A stretch of 64,000 nt of DNA from Candidatus Enterocola sp. (GCA_045654205.1 JAZOMZ010000011.1:764-64763); one strand, 5' to 3'; numbered from the stretch's first letter, positions 28,760-35,944 are shown. Numbers and translations: made by a program. The notes: generated by a model from the letters alone, not told the origin.

Positions 28760-28831
28760 AATATTAATTTTATTTGCCTACTCTAAAATAGGATTTTCGG
28801 CTTCCTCCCATTTCTATCAATTTCACGTATG

Positions 28832-28863
28832 CAAAATTATGAAAAGCACATACACAAAGCAAA
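28832..28863 (-). promoter_or_regulatory. Bacteroidota-type promoter (-33 TTTG / -7 TAatTTTG) fused to repeat A copy 1
   Basis: The TTTG at the end of repeat A (28860-28863) is followed by a 20-nt spacer and then TAATTTTG (28832-28839). ATG at 28759. Confidence 0.55.
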
Positions 28864-28917
28864 GTCCTTTTTAGTCCTTATTTTACGACATTTCTTTAGT
28901 CCAAATTCCACAAAAAA
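28860..28917 (-). repeat. Repeat A copy 1: 58-nt promoter-upstream module with three GGACT motifs
   Basis: 57/58 identical to 31762-31819. The minus strand reads TTTTTTGTGGAATTTGGACTAAAGAAATGTCGTAAAATAAGGACTAAAAAGGACTTTG. Confidence 0.9.
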
Positions 28918-28952
28918 TCGGCTGCAACCTTGTATATAGGTGCAGCCGATGT
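28912..28952 (-). terminator. Repeat B copy 1: conserved-sequence terminator hairpin (ATCGGCTGCA / TGCAGCCGAT plus T-run)
   Basis: Perfect 10-bp stem, with TTTTTT on the minus strand. Same arms at 33031-33063, 34182-34215 and 34678-34707. Confidence 0.75.
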
Positions 28953-28970
28953 ATAAAGATATTTATGTTT

Positions 28971-29024
28971 TAAATGTTATTTTTCTTTCAATTGTTTCTT
29001 TAATTCTTCTATAGACTTCTGCAA
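28971..29024 (-). pseudogene. Remnant of the 3' end of a channel-gene paralogue
   Basis: ~50 nt match 32101-32154 (last 15 codons plus the stop of the channel gene). The differences are caa/cag, cta/tta (synonymous) and gac/gaa (D to E). Homology stops upstream. Confidence 0.7.
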
Positions 29025-29050
29025 ATAAATAATAATAGCGTTTATTAAGA

Positions 29051-29293
29051 TTACTTGCAACGCTTTAAGCTCTCTTTTGCACTTTCAATTTGCTTTTTAT
29101 AAGACTCAATGTGTCGATCGTGCGATGCTGCCTTGTCTATTTTATTTTTACGATACATTGCTTTACTGCTTGGTGATGATGCACCTTTTATTAAGTTTGC
29201 ATAGTATGCGTTGTCTTTCTTCTTTGCCTCTTTTTCTTTGGCAAGAGATGCTCTCAAATCAATGATTTTCTTTTTGTAATATTCTTTGCTCAT
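29051..29293 (-). CDS. Small Lys-rich coiled-coil protein, unknown
   Basis: 80-aa ORF followed by repeat-B terminator copy 1. Confidence 0.5.
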   Translation of the reverse strand: MSKEYYKKKIIDLRASLAKEKEAKKKDNAYYANLIKGASSPSSKAMYRKNKIDKAASHDRHIESYKKQIESAKESLKRCK

Positions 29294-29476
29294 AGTATTT
29301 TATTTTAATTAATTATTTCTCAGTCGTCCCAATTGCGCCATATTTTCTATTTTGCTAAAGGCTGTTTCTTTTGCTATGTACGTTTAATACTTAGCATAGA
29401 TTCGTAATTGTATCTTTCTTGCAAATCTGTATTTTGTGATAAAGAAGAGAAAAGCATATATTATATGTTTCTATTA

Positions 29477-29653
29477 TTAAGCGAAACAATAAATTACTGC
29501 AACTACAATAAATATTATTGTAGCTATTGCATGAAAAATAAATCGCATAAACTTTCCACCTCTTGTTCTTTTATCTGCGATTTTATACAACCACTCTACA
29601 ATCCCTATTACAACAAAAAAAGCTAATGCTAAATAGCCAAATAAATCTTCCAT
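29477..29653 (-). CDS. 58-aa two-TM membrane protein (below the ORF-track length cutoff)
   Basis: Own translation: MEDLFGYLALAFFVVIGIVEWLYKIADKRTRGGKFMRFIFHAIATIIFIVVAVIYCFA. Confidence 0.45.
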   Translation of the reverse strand: MEDLFGYLALAFFVVIGIVEWLYKIADKRTRGGKFMRFIFHAIATIIFIVVAVIYCFA

Positions 29654-29677
29654 ATAATTAGTTTATTTTACATAGTA

Positions 29678-29705
29678 AACAAGTGGGCGTTTAAGCCCAC
29701 TTGTT
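29678..29705 (-). terminator. Hairpin after the 104-aa gene
   Basis: Stem aacaagtgggc/gcccacttgtt. The T-run is weak. Confidence 0.45.
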
Positions 29706-29724
29706 CTGAAAATTTTTCTTTACA

Positions 29725-30039
29725 TTATTTTCCAGCAGCAGCAATAGTTAGGCTGTTGTCTGCTAGAGCGCTATCGTCGCTAGTTGCAACTTGCACACCG
29801 ATTCCATACATTTCTGCGATTTTCTTTTCGAAGTTACCAACTTGCATGTTACCTACGATTTTTAGTTCGCCACCTTTAGCGCCTTCTTCACGAATAGAAG
29901 CTAGTGTAGCGTTGTCGTCAGCGAAACCGCCTTTGCAACTTTTGCTTTTATAAACGCGTAATGTACAACCAAATGCTTCTTTAAAGTCTGCTTTTAGACT
30001 TTTTACTTTCATGTTTCCTGTTAATTTAATTTCTGCCAT
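29725..30039 (-). CDS. 104-aa protein made of two copies of a ~50-aa repeat, paralogue of 30086-30466
   Basis: Start taken at MAEIKLTGNMKV. The 170-aa ORF-track version runs into the upstream gene. Internal repeat: xIxhxGNxKVxxhKxxFxxxFG. Confidence 0.65.
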   Translation of the reverse strand: MAEIKLTGNMKVKSLKADFKEAFGCTLRVYKSKSCKGGFADDNATLASIREEGAKGGELKIVGNMQVGNFEKKIAEMYGIGVQVATSDDSALADNSLTIAAAGK

Positions 30040-30085
30040 AGCTTTAAATTTTAAAAGTGAATATAAAATATAGATTAATGAATGA

Positions 30086-30466
30086 TTATTCCCAAGCACC
30101 TTTTTTACACTTATTTTTTTCGCATTCTGCATTGAAGCTAGAAATGGTTTTATCATCTGCTGAACCAGAAGTGTAATATCTTGAGCCATCAGCTTCTGTA
30201 TAACATACTTGCGCATACAAACCAAATACTTTGTCAAATTCGGCTTCTAGTGTTTTAATTTTTTTGTTTCCTGCAATACTAATGGTACCACCCGTATCTT
30301 TTGTGCGCACAGAAGCTAATGTCTTGTCGCCACTAAGTGGTTTTTTTGTACTGGCATTGCGCATAGAAGGATCATATATACTTAAACGTAGGTATGGGAA
30401 CTGTTTGTTAAACTCTTTCTTTAAAGTTGCAATCTTTTTATTGCCGTTTACTGAAATTTCTGCCAT
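30086..30466 (-). CDS. 126-aa protein made of two copies of the same ~50-aa repeat
   Basis: MAEISVNGNKKIATLKKEFNKQF... and GTISIAGNKKIKTLEAEFDKVFG... Confidence 0.65.
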   Translation of the reverse strand: MAEISVNGNKKIATLKKEFNKQFPYLRLSIYDPSMRNASTKKPLSGDKTLASVRTKDTGGTISIAGNKKIKTLEAEFDKVFGLYAQVCYTEADGSRYYTSGSADDKTISSFNAECEKNKCKKGAWE

Positions 30467-30594
30467 AATTGTAATTTTTTAAATATTTGTTGTAATTTAT
30501 TTTTTTTATACACCAAAGAAGCGTTTAAGTTTATTTTTTAAGCTTCCTTTTGCTTTGCGAGCATTTGCTACTCCTTCGCGTTCCACCAAGAAAT

Positions 30595-31107
30595 CTACAG
30601 CAGCTTTAGGAATAGCCATAACAATAAAGCTATAATAGCCAAAACTAATATAGCAATCAATGCTTTTAACCACATTGGCATGCCAGTGCTAACAACAGGC
30701 ACAGGTGGTACATAACCATTTAGATATTCTAAGCGAAAACCTCCTTTTTCTCCTTTTACACCTTCTGTAAATTCTGCAATTTCAATATCGTATTGTTTTG
30801 CATGATTTACAATGTTTTCAAACTTATCCTTTGGCCATAACTTTAAGAATATTACCTCAGAACCATCTTGAAGTTTAAGTCTTTCATCCTTTTCTCCAAA
30901 CCAAAGACCTTGATTGGCTACATGTTCATTATATTCTGTTTCAGTTCTAAAAAGTGAATTCCATGTTCCTTTTGGTTGTAATTCCAATGGGAAAGCTTTT
31001 TCTAAATCTTCTTTAGTTGCATGAGGATACATTACAAGATATGCATTGACAATACCCAATGCTGTGCGGTTTTGAGCTTTACTGTAAACTCTTACTTTAC
31101 TTGCCAT
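30595..31107 (-). CDS. 170-aa tail-anchored membrane protein, unknown
   Basis: Soluble N-terminal ~140 aa and a single C-terminal TM (WLKALIAILVLAIIALLLWLFL). Confidence 0.6.
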   Translation of the reverse strand: MASKVRVYSKAQNRTALGIVNAYLVMYPHATKEDLEKAFPLELQPKGTWNSLFRTETEYNEHVANQGLWFGEKDERLKLQDGSEVIFLKLWPKDKFENIVNHAKQYDIEIAEFTEGVKGEKGGFRLEYLNGYVPPVPVVSTGMPMWLKALIAILVLAIIALLLWLFLKLL

Positions 31108-31150
31108 AATTTTTGTATTTAATAGTTAATTAATTACTTTTTCACCAACT

Positions 31151-31660
31151 CTAATTAATAAACCAAAATGCTATAACTACCAGAAGTGTTACTACACTAA
31201 TTAACACCCCTATAGTAATTAATAATCCAAATCCAACTAGAGAACCTATTGAAATCAGTATTAGACCGAATAAAAATAAAACTACTTTCCAATACCAATG
31301 ATAGTCTTCCAATATATATACTACAGCACCAATGCTTATAGTCATAATTAGTCCACCTATAATTTCACTTAGAAGTGAATCATTAACATTACCTAAGATA
31401 AGAAGTATTAGACCTATTATAAATGATGCTGCTCCAATACCCAACCAAATCTTGTCTTCATTATCTTCAAAATTATTAACCTTTGATTCCTTTCTTGGTT
31501 TTTGTCTAGTATTTTTCTTTACTTTTTTTGGACGTGATACCACATCCTCTTCGTAATCATCACCATCTTCATAGATTTTAGTATCCTCATCAGAATACAT
31601 CTCATTTACAGATTTTTTAAATTCTTCCTTATAACCTTTTACTAACTCTTTTAATTCCAT
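31151..31660 (-). CDS. 169-aa membrane protein: charged N-terminus plus ~4 TM
   Basis: Acidic/basic N-terminal 70 aa followed by four hydrophobic segments. First gene behind repeat A copy 2. Confidence 0.6.
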   Translation of the reverse strand: MELKELVKGYKEEFKKSVNEMYSDEDTKIYEDGDDYEEDVVSRPKKVKKNTRQKPRKESKVNNFEDNEDKIWLGIGAASFIIGLILLILGNVNDSLLSEIIGGLIMTISIGAVVYILEDYHWYWKVVLFLFGLILISIGSLVGFGLLITIGVLISVVTLLVVIAFWFIN

Positions 31661-31733
31661 AGCTTATAATTAAATAAAAATTAAATAAATTACTAGATAA
31701 ACTGCTTTTTTTATTCGTTAACTTTTTATATCA

Positions 31734-31765
31734 CAAAGATAACGTTTGCAGAAATACGTGTCAAA
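31734..31765 (-). promoter_or_regulatory. Promoter (-33 TTTG / -7 TAtcTTTG) fused to repeat A copy 2
   Basis: Same geometry as copy 1: TTTG (31762-31765), a 20-nt spacer, then TATCTTTG (31734-31741). ATG at 31660. Confidence 0.55.
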
Positions 31766-31820
31766 GTCCTTTTTAGTCCTTATTTTACGACATTTCTTTA
31801 GTCCAAATTGCACAAAAAAA
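31762..31820 (-). repeat. Repeat A copy 2
   Basis: See 28860-28917; one mismatch (G/C). Confidence 0.9.
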
Positions 31821-32106
31821 ACGCAGACTTTCGTCATACGCTGTCTTGGTTCACCACAAACCATAATCCTATATGAGAAAGCCTGCATTATACAGCCTCT
31901 CAACAGGATTATTAGTTGCTCATATTTGTTCCGAGGTGGTGATTCAGACAGCATTGAGCAAATATATTTTAGTGTTGTATTTTTACAACTATGCAAATGT
32001 AGTAAAAATTATTTAAAGTGTATCATAAATTTTGAATAGATAATATTTTTTGAATATATTTGTAAAAGAATATAAAGTGTAAAAAGATATATAATTACCT
32101 TAAATA

Positions 32107-32892
32107 TTATTTTTCTTTCAATTGTTTCTTTAGTTCGTCTATAGACTTTTGCATTTCATCTAGTTTCCCCATTATTTCATCATTATTGTCTGCCACCATA
32201 GCATCCACGAAGATTGAGTTTATAAATGACATACCAATGATGCCACCAAATATTAACAACATACAGAAATAAAAACGGACTAGTTCTGCCAATATAGTAG
32301 AAGTGCCATAATATTCTGCTATTGTATTTGGAATTTCATACCATCCTTCTACTGTGCAAATTTGGAAAACTGCATATATAGAGCGCAATGGAGTTTGAAA
32401 ATGTTCTGGGTCTGCTTCTCTAAATAAACTACAATTAAGCAAACCGAAAACTACAATAATAACAAAGAAGCTTAACCATATAGCATAAGATTCTTTAAGT
32501 GCTACCTGAAAACCCTTTATTACTTTTGCAAAATTAGGGAAGAAGTGTAACATTCTGAAGATACGCAACACGCGCAACACCCTTAGAATTAATAACACTG
32601 ACAAACTTGCCATGTTATTAGGAATAAATAAGGCAACAAGCGATGGAATAGACAAAGCAACCAAGATACAATCTAGTTTATTCCAACCTTCTTTCCAGTA
32701 GCCACGCCAACCAAATTCTGCAATTTTTACTATCATTTCACATATAAAAATGATAGTACAAAGCACATCTATACTATTTACAATAGAGTTTTCAAAACCT
32801 CTAACTTGTAAATAAATGATTACAGCATTTATTAAAATTACAGATAAAATAAATTTATCTTGCAGAAAAATTTTCTTTAAAATTTGTTTCAT
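32107..32892 (-). CDS. Voltage-gated ion channel, BacNav/NaChBac-like (6TM, single domain)
   Basis: S4 segment RVLRVLRIFR with Arg at every third position, pore segment FQICTVEGWYE (compare TLESW in NaChBac), C-terminal coiled coil, 261 aa. Confidence 0.8.
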   Translation of the reverse strand: MKQILKKIFLQDKFILSVILINAVIIYLQVRGFENSIVNSIDVLCTIIFICEMIVKIAEFGWRGYWKEGWNKLDCILVALSIPSLVALFIPNNMASLSVLLILRVLRVLRIFRMLHFFPNFAKVIKGFQVALKESYAIWLSFFVIIVVFGLLNCSLFREADPEHFQTPLRSIYAVFQICTVEGWYEIPNTIAEYYGTSTILAELVRFYFCMLLIFGGIIGMSFINSIFVDAMVADNNDEIMGKLDEMQKSIDELKKQLKEK

Positions 32893-32931
32893 CGTTATAT
32901 AATTTATTATGATTTAAATTAAAATCATCTG

Positions 32932-32962
32932 CAAAGTTAGTATTTGAGAATAAACATTCAAA
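32932..32962 (-). promoter_or_regulatory. Candidate promoter of the channel gene
   Basis: Minus-strand TTTG, a 19-nt spacer, then TAacTTTG. No repeat A upstream. Confidence 0.45.
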
Positions 32963-33024
32963 CGTTTTTGTTAAAATTTTTAAATATTTATTGCAATTGT
33001 CTTATATCTTCACCCACAACACTA

Positions 33025-33066
33025 CAAAAAATCGGCTGCAATCTATAGTAAGGTGCAGCCGATGTG
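33025..33066 (-). terminator. Repeat B copy 2 terminator hairpin
   Basis: atcggctgca ... tgcagccgat followed by a minus-strand T-run. Downstream of the 79-aa gene. Confidence 0.75.
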
Positions 33067-33092
33067 AGGGGTGTTAAAAGATTTTCTATCTA

Positions 33093-33332
33093 CTATCTAC
33101 CCTTATTTAAATATGAATTGAACTCGCGGTCAACGCTTTCTTTCCATTTGTAGTCGTCTTTTATCTCCTTGATTTTTTGTAAGACCTCATTGTATTCCAC
33201 TTGTAGTTTGTGTACTTGAGTTCTAGCACGCTCTATTTCTTCTGGATTTGCAAGCAACGCTCTGCTTGCATTAAGGGTTTTAATTTCTTTTTTCAGTCTA
33301 CTCGCTTCCGCACGATATTGTTCTAATGTCAT
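33093..33332 (-). CDS. 79-aa coiled-coil protein, unknown
   Basis: ORF with heptad-like charged sequence, followed by repeat B. Confidence 0.5.
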   Translation of the reverse strand: MTLEQYRAEASRLKKEIKTLNASRALLANPEEIERARTQVHKLQVEYNEVLQKIKEIKDDYKWKESVDREFNSYLNKGR

Positions 33333-33434
33333 AATATTTTAATTTTTAGATTTTTACCAACTCTGTAAATGATTCTCAATTACATTTATAATATAGCAAA
33401 TAACATTAGAAAATTAACTAAAAATATATACTTT

Positions 33435-33458
33435 AAAACTCAAAAGCTTTTGAGTTTT
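33435..33458. terminator. Perfect 24-nt palindrome aaaactcaaaag|cttttgagtttt
   Basis: Lies downstream of the 191-aa gene. Has T/A runs on both sides. Confidence 0.6.
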
Positions 33459-33483
33459 AAACTATTTTATTAACAAATGATTT

Positions 33484-34059
33484 TTATTTCTTATGCACCG
33501 TCACCTTTAATATTCCTTTTTTGGAACCGGCTACGTATGAAGTTGGTTCATCGGCACCGTGTAGTAGATTGTCTATATACATAGGGTGACCTTCAAGGAA
33601 ACAGATTGCTTGGAAAGTGTCATCCACATGTATTTTTGCGTTGTAACTTTGAGTTACTATATAGGTATTTTGGCCCAGATACTTAAACACACATCGTCTG
33701 TTTGGAAGCCAAGTTACTTCCACTTCTTGACCTGCTGTAAGTTCATCGGAACGGACTCCTATTCCGCTGAAAGCGTCACTTTCTTCGTCTTCCACAGTTT
33801 TCAAGTGATTGAGATATGCATCCCAATCCTCAAAGCCAAGAAACCTTGAAAGCAGGCAAAGTGTAGAGTTTCTTGTGGTGTTTGCGCCGTCTATATAACC
33901 CCACAATCTTTTAAGCGTTGTAGGCGAAATATATTCGTGCAGACGCTCCCATACCACACCTGCCAAAAACTCAAAATCGTATGGAGTTTTTATCTTACGT
34001 TTTACTTCATTTTCTATATCTCTGCGTAGCGAGACTATCTCTGGATCGAACTTATTCAT
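33484..34059 (-). CDS. 191-aa protein, unknown
   Basis: ORF only. I recall the N-terminal ISPTTLKRLWGY motif from uncharacterised Bacteroidota proteins. Confidence 0.55.
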   Translation of the reverse strand: MNKFDPEIVSLRRDIENEVKRKIKTPYDFEFLAGVVWERLHEYISPTTLKRLWGYIDGANTTRNSTLCLLSRFLGFEDWDAYLNHLKTVEDEESDAFSGIGVRSDELTAGQEVEVTWLPNRRCVFKYLGQNTYIVTQSYNAKIHVDDTFQAICFLEGHPMYIDNLLHGADEPTSYVAGSKKGILKVTVHKK

Positions 34060-34066
34060 AACATTA

Positions 34067-34116
34067 CAAAGTTAAGTATAAATTTTGCAATCCCACAAAT
34101 TATTTTTAGTCCTTAT
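34067..34116 (-). promoter_or_regulatory. Partial repeat A copy 3 fused to a promoter
   Basis: The minus strand reads ATAAGGACTAAAAATAATTTG, a 21-nt spacer, then TAACTTTG, which ends 7 nt before ATG 34059. Confidence 0.45.
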
Positions 34117-34176
34117 TAATCCTTAAATTTCCTCAAATTCATAATCCAAAAGGCTTTTTGTAAATTGTCCCAAAAC

Positions 34177-34217
34177 AAAATACGACTACAACCTTGTTGA
34201 TAGTTGCAGCCGATGTG
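34177..34217 (-). terminator. Repeat B copy 3 terminator hairpin (two G.U pairs on the minus-strand RNA)
   Basis: The arms cgactacaac / gttgcagccg differ from the consensus by two changes. These remain wobble pairs only in the minus-strand transcript. Confidence 0.65.
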
Positions 34218-34267
34218 AGGAGTAATGTTATAATCAGATATACTGTTATTCTAAGCCAAGAAGTTTC

Positions 34268-34468
34268 TTATTCCATTGTTTTAGTCCTTCGCAGTCTGGA
34301 TTTCCCTGAACATAATTCATTCCCCTCACTTGCATTTACGTTAGTAGGAGCATTTTCAGCAATTTCTTTTAAGTTATCAACACCAACCAATTCTTCTATA
34401 AATTTATTAAACTCCTTAATATTAGTTCTTGGTTTACTAACTGATTTACTACTGTCTTTAATTATCAT
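34268..34468 (-). CDS. 66-aa hypothetical protein (weak)
   Basis: ORF followed by repeat B copy 3. No recognisable motif. Confidence 0.35.
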   Translation of the reverse strand: MIIKDSSKSVSKPRTNIKEFNKFIEELVGVDNLKEIAENAPTNVNASEGNELCSGKSRLRRTKTME

Positions 34469-34671
34469 AATTAGGTTAATTTTTAATTAAACAATTGGTT
34501 TTTATTAGATTTTTTGAAACTATGTTTTTGCCGTCAAAAATAGACACTTCATCACTATTTTTCAGTTGACTATCTATATTATATATATCCACAAAAACTC
34601 AAAACTTAACTGAAATTTAGTTTATTTCACATATTTAACCAATATTAACATAAAATCATCATCCCTATATA

Positions 34672-34711
34672 CAAAAACGGCTGCAACCTTGTTGTTAGTT
34701 GCAGCCGATGT
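34672..34711 (-). terminator. Repeat B copy 4 terminator hairpin
   Basis: cggctgcaac ... gttgcagccg plus a T-run, downstream of the MscS gene. A second hairpin gaggc/gcctc lies at 34717-34733. Confidence 0.7.
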
Positions 34712-34756
34712 GTGTAGAGGCCTTGTCAGCCTCTTTTAGATATTTTAAAACTTCCA

Positions 34757-35809
34757 CTACCCTTTTATAATGGTTTGGGTTGGGAAGGCGAAGTTCCAGC
34801 CTTCGGCGTTGAATTTTTTGAGGATGGCAAGATTCACCTTGGTTTGAGTTTCCATAATGTTGGAATTGTGCTTGATATAATATATAAAGGTGATACCAAG
34901 TGAAAAATCGCCGTAGGTAGTAAATGCCACTATCACATCGCTTTTAATTTCACTTATTTGATTTGGCAGGTCGTTTAGCCAATCGATAGCTTCTTGCATT
35001 GCCTCTGGCGTGGTATCGTAAGTAAGGCCCAGGTTAAGAGTTACCTTGCGAGACTCCTCTGCAGTAACGTTTTCTATTTCGCTATCCACAATTTTGTAGT
35101 TTGGAATAGTCACTAACCTACCCTCAAGTGTGCGGATACGTGTGCTACGCATACCTATATCTTCCACAGTGCCGTCGAATCCAGCCACTTTGATGCGTTC
35201 GCCAAGGCGGAATGGTTTATCCACAAAGATAGTGAAACCACCAAACATATTTTTGATAGTATCTTGCGCTGCCAATGCAAAAGCAATACCACCAACACCC
35301 AATGTCGTAAGCATCGCAGCTACATCAATGCCAATAATAGTAAACGCTGTGATAATTGCTACAATCCAAATAACACCAGATGCTATTTTTTGAATAGCTT
35401 TGATAATATTTATATCCAATTTGCTATCATCGTTTGCCTCGGCATATGGCAGAAGAAAATCATTTAAAATATTTCTTAAAAATCTATTTAGAACCCATGC
35501 AACATCAAGTGCAACCAGCACTTTAAATGCCATAATTATAACATTATAAGCATTTTCTGGCAACACCAATACGTGCACTGCTATATACATTCCCATAAGT
35601 ATCAACCCACACACAAATGGCAATTGAAATACATTTAGGAATAAGTCATCTAATTTTGTTGCAGATTTTTCTGTTCTTTTGCGTAGGAAACGTTTCTCAA
35701 TCCAAATTAAAATCCTACCCACAAGTGTAGCAAAAAGGATTATACAAGAAAAGTATAACCAATTGTCCCAAGTATTATTTTCTAATAAAAATGTGAAAAA
35801 TTGTCTCAT
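34757..35809 (-). CDS. Mechanosensitive ion channel family protein (MscS-like)
   Basis: Core sequence GGIAFALAAQDTIKNMFGGFTIFVDKPFRLGERIKV...GTVEDIGMRSTRIRT. Confidence 0.85.
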   Translation of the reverse strand: MRQFFTFLLENNTWDNWLYFSCIILFATLVGRILIWIEKRFLRKRTEKSATKLDDLFLNVFQLPFVCGLILMGMYIAVHVLVLPENAYNVIIMAFKVLVALDVAWVLNRFLRNILNDFLLPYAEANDDSKLDINIIKAIQKIASGVIWIVAIITAFTIIGIDVAAMLTTLGVGGIAFALAAQDTIKNMFGGFTIFVDKPFRLGERIKVAGFDGTVEDIGMRSTRIRTLEGRLVTIPNYKIVDSEIENVTAEESRKVTLNLGLTYDTTPEAMQEAIDWLNDLPNQISEIKSDVIVAFTTYGDFSLGITFIYYIKHNSNIMETQTKVNLAILKKFNAEGWNFAFPTQTIIKG

Positions 35810-35930
35810 ATTATTGATATAATAATGTCGTTTTGTAATAAAAAAGTTTACGTGGGCAAAATTACATATTTTTTGCCAATAAAGACGTAAACATCACATT
35901 TAGTTGTTAATAAAAAAACATCCAAATTAA

Positions 35931-35944
35931 TGCAAAGGTTTGCA
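35931..35944. promoter_or_regulatory. Palindrome TGCAAAGGTTTGCA upstream of the CBM20 protein gene
   Basis: Perfect 6-bp arms TGCAAA/TTTGCA, 60 nt upstream of ATG 36004 and adjacent to a TAttTTTG box (35954-35961). Confidence 0.35.

Noticed and set aside
29725-30237. The 170-aa version of the ORF in the track.
   Set aside because: The first 66 codons overlap the 3' end of the upstream paralogue in another frame. The internal MAEIKLTGN start matches the MAEISVNGN start of the paralogue.
31718-32039. ORFs of 92 aa (minus strand) and 97 aa (plus strand) in the 446-nt spacer upstream of the 4-TM gene.
   Set aside because: They overlap each other and run straight through the conserved repeat A promoter module. 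The peptides are Cys/Lys-rich and look random. I treated the region as a regulatory spacer.
32945-32970. TTCAAACGTTTTTG upstream of the channel gene as a fourth LacI-type site.
   Set aside because: Only one half-site is preserved, and it overlaps the predicted -33 TTTG. It is most likely coincidental.
28912-34711. The repeat B hairpins after successive small genes could be integron attC sites (a gene-cassette array).
   Set aside because: No integron integrase or attI is in the window. The arms do not fit the RYYYAAC/GTTRRRY cores. The hairpins carry T-runs, and a G.U-compensated copy fits intrinsic terminators better.
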